A stretch of 39,026 bases of DNA from Myxococcota bacterium (lineage in GTDB: Bacteria > Myxococcota > UBA4151): assembly GCA_040260805.1 (NCBI GenBank), contig JBDQPD010000024.1, positions 1 to 39,026 of the forward strand, given 5' to 3'. Within the stretch, counting starts at the first letter, position 1; each line of letters begins with the position of its first letter. The translations under genes were made by a program, and so were the position numbers. This document shows, piece after piece, positions 27,199 through 34,853 of this stretch. The notes beneath the pieces were generated by a model. That model did no database searches and was not told the origin of the DNA. It saw only the letters and a program-made list of their open reading frames with translations.

Positions 27199-28356
27199 GT
27201 GTTCACCATCCTGCGTCAGGCTGATCTGTACGCCCCAGAGTCAGTGGGCCGGCGCGATCTCCTCATCTGTGCGGGGAAGATCGTTGATATAGCCCCTGAA
27301 CTACCGAGTATCACCGATGGTTTTGCTGTCGAAGAGGTCGACCTTTCGGGGCACCGAGTGGTCCCTGGCTTGGTCGACTGTCATGTTCACGTTACCGGCG
27401 GCGGCGGTGAAGACGGACCTGCATCTCGTGTCCCTCCGCTCGCTTTGAGCAAACTGACTCAAGCGGGCGTGACCTCATGCATCGGCGTTTTAGGGACTGA
27501 TGGCTCCACTCGAACGATGCGCGAGCTGGTAGCCACCACCTTAGGTTTACGAGCTCAAGGCATCTCGGCTTGGTGCTATACCGGGAGCTATCAATACCCG
27601 CCGTTGAGCCTGACGGGTTCGGTCCGTGACGATATCGTTTATGTGGACCCGATCATTGCCGTCGGCGAGCTTGCGATCAGCGACCATCGCTCGTCGCAAG
27701 TGACCTTTGATGAGTTCCTGCGCGTCGTCTCTGACGCCTACGTGGCGGGAATGATCGCTGGTAAATCGGGTCACACGCATTTGCATCTAGGCGACGGATC
27801 ACGAGGGCTTGATCTGATCAGGCGTGCGCTGGATGAAACGGAGCTTCCCGCGCGCATTTTCCATCCGACGCATGTGAACCGGCTCAAGACCTTGTTCGCT
27901 GAGGCGCAAGAATTGAGCAAACGTGGCGTCACCGTCGATGTCACCGCTTTTCCTGCCGATGAAGAGAGCTACAGCGCCGCCGAGGCGATCAGCCGCTGGA
28001 TTCAAGCCGATCTCCCCGTCGAGCAGATCACTTGCAGCAGCGATGGAGCCGGTTGCCTCCCTGTCTTTGATGAGGACGGTCGAATGATCCATATGGACAT
28101 CGGACAGCCCCTCACGCTGATCGAGACCCTGCGCGAGCTCCTCGACCAAGGTTTCGCCCTTGAACAGGTCCTTCCCATCTTTACTCAAAACCCTGCTCGC
28201 GTCGCGGACCTGACGCAAAAGGGTCGACTTGAAGTCGGCTTAGACGCCGATCTCATCGTTCTCTCACCCTCCGACGAGATCACGTCCGTGATGGCTTTAG
28301 GCCAGTGGATGGTTCGAGACGGTCACATTACTCGCCTCGGCAGCTTTGAAGGATAA
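27199..28356 (+). CDS. iadA: Beta-aspartyl peptidase (isoaspartyl dipeptidase)
   Basis: PGLVDCHVHVTGGGGE, GVLGTDG, YTGSY, GELAISDHRSS, HLGDG, PTHVNR and SSDG motifs. Start is GTG 27199 or 27187. Confidence 0.95.
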   Translation: MFTILRQADLYAPESVGRRDLLICAGKIVDIAPELPSITDGFAVEEVDLSGHRVVPGLVDCHVHVTGGGGEDGPASRVPPLALSKLTQAGVTSCIGVLGTDGSTRTMRELVATTLGLRAQGISAWCYTGSYQYPPLSLTGSVRDDIVYVDPIIAVGELAISDHRSSQVTFDEFLRVVSDAYVAGMIAGKSGHTHLHLGDGSRGLDLIRRALDETELPARIFHPTHVNRLKTLFAEAQELSKRGVTVDVTAFPADEESYSAAEAISRWIQADLPVEQITCSSDGAGCLPVFDEDGRMIHMDIGQPLTLIETLRELLDQGFALEQVLPIFTQNPARVADLTQKGRLEVGLDADLIVLSPSDEITSVMALGQWMVRDGHITRLGSFEG

Positions 28357-28363
28357 AGACGTT

Positions 28364-29191
28364 ATGAGCCCAGCACGCAGTCAAATCGATGAAACCCGAG
28401 GTTGGATTGTTCCAGTTGGCGGCGCTGAAGAGAAGGTGGGTCACCCTAAGATCCTCCAACGCTTCGTTCGACTGAGCGGCGAAGACGACGCCCGCATCGC
28501 GATTATTCCGACCGCCTCATCGCTCGACGAAACAGGCGCTCAATACGAGGACTTGTTCAAGAGCCTCGGAGCCCAATCTGCGATCTCGCTACCCTACCGC
28601 GAACGCATCGACACCGACCAAGAGGACTGGCTCGAAACACTCAATCAGGCTAGCGGTGTCTTCTTTACAGGCGGCAACCAGCTGCGTTTGTCAGCCACTC
28701 TAGGCGGAACGTCAGTAGCTTCCTTGGTGCGTCGTCTCAACGCTCGCGGGGTCCCGGTTGGAGGAACCTCTGCCGGCGCAGCGATCCTGCCCGAGCATAT
28801 GATCGCCTACGGCGGCATCGGTGGGACACCGCTCGCTGGAATGGTCTCGCTGGCGCCAGGCCTTGGCTTGACCAACCGCTTTTTAGTCGATCAGCATTTT
28901 CGTGAACGTGACCGGCTCGGCCGCTTGCTGAGCGCGCTGAGCTACAACCCCTTCGCCGTCGGACTTGGGCTGGACGAAGATACAGCAGCTTTCATCTCAC
29001 CCGATAATATCGTTCGCGCCGTCGGCTCTGGCGCGATTACCGTTGTCGACGTGTCACACCTTGGCCACTCGTCGGTCGCGGACGCACGCGAGGGGGAGCC
29101 GCTTTGCATGACCGATGTGCGCGTTCACATCCTTCCCCATGGCGCTAGTTTCGACCTCAACACTCGTCAGGCTTCTCCGCCTGAGTCCTAA
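28364..29191 (+). CDS. cphB: Cyanophycinase (peptidase S51)
   Basis: GGAEEK, IIPTAS, FTGGNQLRL, GTSAGA (Ser), DQHFRERDRLGRL (His) and GLDEDT (Glu). No signal peptide, so intracellular. Confidence 0.95.
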   Translation: MSPARSQIDETRGWIVPVGGAEEKVGHPKILQRFVRLSGEDDARIAIIPTASSLDETGAQYEDLFKSLGAQSAISLPYRERIDTDQEDWLETLNQASGVFFTGGNQLRLSATLGGTSVASLVRRLNARGVPVGGTSAGAAILPEHMIAYGGIGGTPLAGMVSLAPGLGLTNRFLVDQHFRERDRLGRLLSALSYNPFAVGLGLDEDTAAFISPDNIVRAVGSGAITVVDVSHLGHSSVADAREGEPLCMTDVRVHILPHGASFDLNTRQASPPES

Positions 29192-29222
29192 ACTCTAACC
29201 ACCCTTTGCTCTGGAGCCCGTC

Positions 29223-32021
29223 ATGAAGATCACCGAACGCCGAGTCTTTCGCGGACCCAATCAATATGCCCGTTTTCGGGTGATCCGCCTGACCTTAGAC
29301 CTTGGTCCGCTCGAAGATTACCCGAGTGAAACCATCCCTGGATTTAACGATAAACTCCTCGAGTGGCTGCCTAGCCTCGAGGAACATGGCTGTTCCTACG
29401 GTGAACCCGGTGGGTTTATCCGTCGTTTAAAGGAAGACGGCGGGACCTGGATGGGTCACATCCTCGAGCATATGGCGATCGAGCTGCAGGTGCTGACAGG
29501 TGCTGATATCACCTTCGGAAAAACCCGTGGCACCGGCGAGCTCGGTCAATACTACGTGGTCTACTCCTACGAAGAAGAGCGCGTCGGGCTCGCCGCCGCT
29601 GATCTGGCGATGGAGATGATTCATCACGCCATCCCTGAGGAGATGCGCGGCGGCGCCGAGGTGCGCGAAGACTTCAACTTTGAAGAAGAGCTCGATGACC
29701 TGATCACCTACGCTCAGCGTCGTCAATTCGGCCCCTCGACCGCCTCGTTGATTCGAGCGGCCGAAGAGCGCGATATCCCGTGGCTTCGCTTAAATGATTA
29801 CTCGTTGGTCCAGTTCGGGCACGGTAAATACCAAAAGCGCATTCAAGCAACGATCACCTCAGAGACGCGTCACATCGCCGTCGAGATCGCATCGGACAAA
29901 GAAGAGACCAATGCGCTCTTGTCGGCGATCGGCTGCCCGGTTCCGCATCAAAAACTGGTTCAGTCAGAGCGTCGGGCGATCCGGGCTGCCGAGTCGCTCG
30001 GTTATCCTGTCGTGGTCAAACCCTACAACGCCAATCACGGCCGCGGCGTCTCCCTTGATCTTCGCACCAAGGAAGAGGTCGCCGCCGCAGTCGTCAAAGC
30101 CAAAGAGCACGGCCGCAGCGTCCTTGTGGAGCAAATGATCACGGGCTTTGACCATCGGATGTTGGTCGTTGATGGCGAGCTGGTTGCGGTCGCCAAGCGC
30201 GTCCCCGGTCATGTCATCGGTGACGGCACGCAGACGATCAGTGAGCTCGTTGACGTGGTGAATCAAGACCCCCGCCGCGGTGTGGGTCACGAGAAAGTGC
30301 TGACTCGAATTGAGCTCGATTATCAGGCTGAGCGTTTGCTGGAAGCAGCAGGCTACAACGCAGAAACCGTGCTCGCTAAAGACGAGATCTTCTATCTACG
30401 CTCAACCGGCAACTTATCAACGGGCGGGACGGCGATCGACCTGACCGACGTGGTTCATCCCGATAATCGCGAGATGGCTCAACGCACCGCGCGCGCCATT
30501 GGGCTCGATGTTGCGGGCGTCGATTTTATCACGCCGGACATCACCCGTTCGTACCGAGAAATCGGGGGGGCAATCTGTGAAGTCAACGCAGCGCCAGGAT
30601 TTCGGATGCATGTTGCGCCCACCGAGGGCAGCTCTCGTGATGTAGCTGGTCCCGTCATGGACATGCTCTTTCCTCAAGAGACGCCCACGCGCATTCCGAT
30701 TGCGGCGCTGACCGGAACCAATGGCAAGACGACCACCGCTCGCATGCTCGCTCACATCCTAAAGATGTCGGGCGCTACCGTTGGCTTGACCACGACCGAT
30801 GGCGTCTATGTCGACGGTCAACGCACAGCCTCCGGCGATATGACTGGGCCTCACTCAGCGCAAATGGTTCTTCGTGACCCCAAAGTCGATACGGCGGTGC
30901 TTGAAACAGCCCGCGGTGGTTTGCTGCGGTCCGGCCTGGGCTACTCGAGCTGTAATGTTGGCTGTGTGCTCAATATCGCTAGTGACCATTTAGGCCTCAA
31001 GGGCATCGATACGCTTGAGCAGTTGGCAGAGATCAAGCGCATCTTAGTGGAGGTTGCGCGCGACTGCGCTGTGCTTAACGCCGATGATATTCACTGCCTC
31101 AAGATGGGCGCACACACCGACGCCAAACGTATCGCTTACTTCACCATGGAGCCCACCAACCCCCTAGTCCTTCAACACATTGAAGCTGGTGGTTTAGCGA
31201 TCGTACTCGAGCAAGGCATCAAGGGGCAGATGATCACCCTTTATGACGACGGCTTAGACCTCCCCTTGCTGTGGACGCATCTGATCCCTGCGACCATGGA
31301 AGGCAAAGCTCTCCACAACGTGCAAAATGCGATGGCGGCGGCGTTGATGGCTTACGCCATGGACACCAAAGTCGATAACATCCGCCAGGGCTTACGTACC
31401 TTTGACACCTCCTTCTTCCAGGTCCCTGGTCGGATGAATGTCTACGATGAGCATCCCTTTAAAGTGATCCTTGATTACGGTCACAACCCGGCCGCTGTGC
31501 TGGCGATGGTGAACTTAGTGGCGCGCCTTGATGTTGAAGGAAAGCGCATCTGCGTAGTCTCTGCTCCGGGCGATCGACGCGACGAGGATATCCGTGATAT
31601 TGCGCGCAACATAGCGGCCGGAAACTTCAACGAAATCATCCTACGAAGAGATGACTCACGGCGAGGTCGCGGTGACCTTGAGGTGCCAAAGATCCTCGAA
31701 GATGAGCTGCTCATGAATGGGGTCGACGCCCAAGCCATTCGGATCATCGTCGATGAGCAAGAAGCGGTCGACGCTGCCCTGAATTTAGCCAAACGAGGTG
31801 ACTTGGTGCTGATCTTTGGAGACGCCATCACGCGCTGCTGGAAACAGATCGTCTCCTTTGCACCGAAAAGCAGCGCTGGGACTCGAGACGAAGACACTGA
31901 TTCTGGAATCTCGCCCTTGCTCGCTGAACTCTCATCACCGCAACTGATGACCCTCTCGGCGCTTGAAGACTTGGTCATTGATGGGCGCGGCGCGCGCCTG
32001 GCTGCCGAGGACTCCGACTGA
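29223..32021 (+). CDS. cphA: Cyanophycin synthetase (CphA1 type, N+G+M domains)
   Basis: N domain with HGC...GHILEH; ATP-grasp motifs VVKP...NHGRGV, NLSTGG and EVNAAPGFRMH; Mur-ligase motifs TGTNGKTTT, ETARGG, SDHLG and DYGHNP. Confidence 0.97.
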   Translation: MKITERRVFRGPNQYARFRVIRLTLDLGPLEDYPSETIPGFNDKLLEWLPSLEEHGCSYGEPGGFIRRLKEDGGTWMGHILEHMAIELQVLTGADITFGKTRGTGELGQYYVVYSYEEERVGLAAADLAMEMIHHAIPEEMRGGAEVREDFNFEEELDDLITYAQRRQFGPSTASLIRAAEERDIPWLRLNDYSLVQFGHGKYQKRIQATITSETRHIAVEIASDKEETNALLSAIGCPVPHQKLVQSERRAIRAAESLGYPVVVKPYNANHGRGVSLDLRTKEEVAAAVVKAKEHGRSVLVEQMITGFDHRMLVVDGELVAVAKRVPGHVIGDGTQTISELVDVVNQDPRRGVGHEKVLTRIELDYQAERLLEAAGYNAETVLAKDEIFYLRSTGNLSTGGTAIDLTDVVHPDNREMAQRTARAIGLDVAGVDFITPDITRSYREIGGAICEVNAAPGFRMHVAPTEGSSRDVAGPVMDMLFPQETPTRIPIAALTGTNGKTTTARMLAHILKMSGATVGLTTTDGVYVDGQRTASGDMTGPHSAQMVLRDPKVDTAVLETARGGLLRSGLGYSSCNVGCVLNIASDHLGLKGIDTLEQLAEIKRILVEVARDCAVLNADDIHCLKMGAHTDAKRIAYFTMEPTNPLVLQHIEAGGLAIVLEQGIKGQMITLYDDGLDLPLLWTHLIPATMEGKALHNVQNAMAAALMAYAMDTKVDNIRQGLRTFDTSFFQVPGRMNVYDEHPFKVILDYGHNPAAVLAMVNLVARLDVEGKRICVVSAPGDRRDEDIRDIARNIAAGNFNEIILRRDDSRRGRGDLEVPKILEDELLMNGVDAQAIRIIVDEQEAVDAALNLAKRGDLVLIFGDAITRCWKQIVSFAPKSSAGTRDEDTDSGISPLLAELSSPQLMTLSALEDLVIDGRGARLAAEDSD

Positions 32022-32023
32022 TC

Positions 32024-33724
32024 ATGCGCATTCTGGATTCAAGGCGCCTGACGGGGACCAACCTCCAAAGCGTCGGACCGTGCGCTGTCGCCGAGGTGGC
32101 TTTTGATGAAGGCGAAGTCCCTGAAGAAGCGATCAGCACCTGGAGGGCTGCGCTAGAACGCTTGGCGCCGCGCTTTGATCTGGACCTCGGCAAGCCCTTT
32201 TGGAGGCGCTACCGAGACGGAGCGAGCATCGGTTTTACGGCTCCAATTGACGCGCTGTACACGGCGACTGAGATCAATGAATACGCCATTAAATACGCGG
32301 CAGGCCGGGCTGAAATAGCGCTCGAAGATGCGGTCGATCGATTGCGTCAATCGGCGAGCCAAGAAGCCAACGCACCAATGCGCTCACTCCAAGTCGCAGC
32401 CGCTCAACGAGACTACCCCTTTCTCTGGGATGACGACGAGGTCTCGATCGGTTTTGGCGCATACGCCCAGGTTTTTGAGGCAGGCTCAGTCCCTAAGGTG
32501 AGCGAGATTGAATGGCGCGGCGCCGGCACCATCCCAGTGGCGATGATCACGGGAACGAACGGCAAAACCACCACCTCCAGAATGCTTACTAGGATCCTTA
32601 AGACCGCAGATTACTCAGTCGGTTCGACGTCAACGGATGGAGTTTGCGTCAACGAGGAAGTCGTCGAAGCTGGCGATTGGACTGGCACCGGGGCGGCGCG
32701 GATGGTCCTGCGTCGAAACGACATCTCCGCGGCAGTGCTTGAGACCGCTCGAGGTGGGCTTCTTAGACGCGGTCTAGCGATTGAGGCTTGCGATGTGGTG
32801 GTCGTGACCAATGTCGCCGCTGATCATCTCGGGGATTACGGTATCGATGACGTCTCGGCGATGGCTGAGGTGAAGAACTTGATCTGCGCAGCTGCGAACC
32901 CAAGGGGACAACGCATTATCAACGCTGATGATCGGCACCTGATGCGCTTAGTCAATCGCTACGATACGCCCCTGGTCTTGTTTAGTTTAGTCGACGACAA
33001 CCCAGCGGTCGTTGACCACTGTGCGCGTGGCGGCGAGGCTTGGTTCGTCCGCAACGGAAGCCTAGTTCACCGCCGCCTTCGTCAGGACCAAGAGGTCGTG
33101 GCAGCTGATCAAATACCCTGCACGTTTGACGGCGCCGCACGTCACAACATCAGCAATGCGCTCGCCGCTGCGGCAGCGGCTTACGCTCTAGGTGTTGGGT
33201 ATTCGGTGATCGCTCAAGCGCTTGAGGGCTTTGGCGCTAAGCCCGGCGACAACCCGGGGCGCTGCCAGCTTTTCTCTGTGGGCGATGTTCGGGTGATGCT
33301 CGACTTTGGCCACAACGCCCATGGGCTTGAAGCGATCCTGAACCTGGCAAAGGGGCTCATGCAGCAACACCCCGAATCCAGAGTGTGTGTGAGCTTAGGT
33401 CAAGCGGGCGACCGCCAAGATGACGAGATTTACGCGCTCGCAGACACGCTCGCCGCCATGAACACCGATCACGTGATTCTTCGTGAGATGGCTGGATACG
33501 AACGCGGTCGAGGGGTCCAAGAAGTCGCGTCCATGATCAAACACCGACTGCACGAGCACGACTTCGCCGATGACCAAGTGCTCATCGTTGATGGAGAGAT
33601 CAACGCTCTTGATGCAGCCATGACATGGGCTCGTCCAGGCGATTTGATCATGTTGCTCGTACACCTTGAGCGCAAAGCGGTCCGTCAATGGGTAGAAACT
33701 CAACAAGCAATGCAGACCAATTAG
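32024..33724 (+). CDS. CphA-related Mur-ligase protein lacking the ATP-grasp domain
   Basis: N-terminus parallels CphA (MRILDSRRLTGTN vs MKITERRVFRGPN) and then jumps to TGTNGKTTT, ETARGG, NVAADHLG, HNISNALAA, PGR, DFGHN and GDR. Starts 2 nt after the cphA stop. Confidence 0.88.
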   Translation: MRILDSRRLTGTNLQSVGPCAVAEVAFDEGEVPEEAISTWRAALERLAPRFDLDLGKPFWRRYRDGASIGFTAPIDALYTATEINEYAIKYAAGRAEIALEDAVDRLRQSASQEANAPMRSLQVAAAQRDYPFLWDDDEVSIGFGAYAQVFEAGSVPKVSEIEWRGAGTIPVAMITGTNGKTTTSRMLTRILKTADYSVGSTSTDGVCVNEEVVEAGDWTGTGAARMVLRRNDISAAVLETARGGLLRRGLAIEACDVVVVTNVAADHLGDYGIDDVSAMAEVKNLICAAANPRGQRIINADDRHLMRLVNRYDTPLVLFSLVDDNPAVVDHCARGGEAWFVRNGSLVHRRLRQDQEVVAADQIPCTFDGAARHNISNALAAAAAAYALGVGYSVIAQALEGFGAKPGDNPGRCQLFSVGDVRVMLDFGHNAHGLEAILNLAKGLMQQHPESRVCVSLGQAGDRQDDEIYALADTLAAMNTDHVILREMAGYERGRGVQEVASMIKHRLHEHDFADDQVLIVDGEINALDAAMTWARPGDLIMLLVHLERKAVRQWVETQQAMQTN

Positions 33725-33815
33725 TCTGACTCTAGAGCGGCAGGCAGCACACCCTCTCTTGAGGTATCAATTTTTATAGTGGTCAATATTCAGGTCGAGG
33801 ATTAGGTTCAAAGCT

Positions 33816-34853
33816 ATGCGGATCCTGGTTCTTATTTTGTGTATGCAGCTGGTGGGCGTGGCGCCGGTCCTTGCGGCGGCGCCAACAGCAACCCTGATTC
33901 AGGACTCATGGGTCGCCAAAGCGTCGAAGAAGAAACGCAAAAAACGACGAAAAAGACGGCGCAAACGCAGACGCTCGAAGAAGCGGGGAAAAGCTGTAAA
34001 AAAGGTCGCACCGAAGGCTGTCGAAAAGCCTGCGGTTGAGCCGACCTCAGCGCCAGTTGTTGAAGCTGAACCCCAAACGAAACCACCAGAGCTTCAACCG
34101 AGCGCAGAACCGTCAGCGGTCCCCTCGTCGATTGCACCGGCTAAAGAACCGGGTGACGACGAGCGCCAATCAGGGGTCGCGGTGATGCAGCTCCAAGCGG
34201 TCCATGGTGTCGAAAAATCACTCGCTGATTTGCTGTCGGAGTTGTTGCTGACCCGCATCACTCAGAGCAACGTTTTTAGGAGCGTGATCGGTGGGAGTGA
34301 CTTGCAAGAAGTGATGTCGCTTGAGCAGCAAAAAGATGCGCTCGGATGTGACAACGACTCGTGCCTAGCGGCGCTGGGCGGCGCGCTCGGCGTCCCGATG
34401 ATGATCGTTCCATCAATCGGCAAATTGGGTTCGCAGTTTTTACTCAACCTCAAACTGATGGACGTCGAAGAGGCTAGAGTCTTAGGCCGCGTCAACTGCG
34501 ACGTTAACTCAGAGTCTGAGCTCAAAGTGGCTCTCGAGAATCTGGTCGACGAGCTCCTCAAGAGTGCCTTTAACACCACTAAACCCCAACCCAGCCCCAC
34601 ACCAAACGTGGGCATGGCAGCAACAGGCTTTGGATTCGCCGGCGTCGGTGTTTTATCAACCGTCGGAGCCTTTGTGCTCAACCAAAACGCGCAATCGCGA
34701 TTTGACGAGTCAAAGAAGACTCTGGCCGACTATGACCAGGGATTAGAAACTACCCATTATGCCAACACAGCGCTGATCGTCGGATTATCGGCGACGGTTG
34801 TAGGCGGAATATTTTTGAAGGTGTCGCTGGCGCCTTGGTTGAGCGCTTTATGA
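33816..34853 (+). CDS. Secreted/membrane hypothetical protein: polybasic tract, Pro-rich linker, TolB-N/CsgG-like alpha/beta domain, C-terminal hydrophobic hairpin
   Basis: Signal peptide; KKKRKKRRKRRRKRRRSKKRGK; VAVMQL...LGCDNDSCLAALGGALG...SIGKLG...LNLKL motif common in myxobacterial envelope proteins; two C-terminal hydrophobic segments. Confidence 0.7.
   Translation: MRILVLILCMQLVGVAPVLAAAPTATLIQDSWVAKASKKKRKKRRKRRRKRRRSKKRGKAVKKVAPKAVEKPAVEPTSAPVVEAEPQTKPPELQPSAEPSAVPSSIAPAKEPGDDERQSGVAVMQLQAVHGVEKSLADLLSELLLTRITQSNVFRSVIGGSDLQEVMSLEQQKDALGCDNDSCLAALGGALGVPMMIVPSIGKLGSQFLLNLKLMDVEEARVLGRVNCDVNSESELKVALENLVDELLKSAFNTTKPQPSPTPNVGMAATGFGFAGVGVLSTVGAFVLNQNAQSRFDESKKTLADYDQGLETTHYANTALIVGLSATVVGGIFLKVSLAPWLSAL

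Noticed and set aside
32024..33724. Call as a peptidoglycan Mur ligase or a cphA pseudogene
   Set aside because: It has CphA-specific ETARGG and N-terminal similarity, no dcw context, an intact 566-aa ORF and preserved catalytic motifs.
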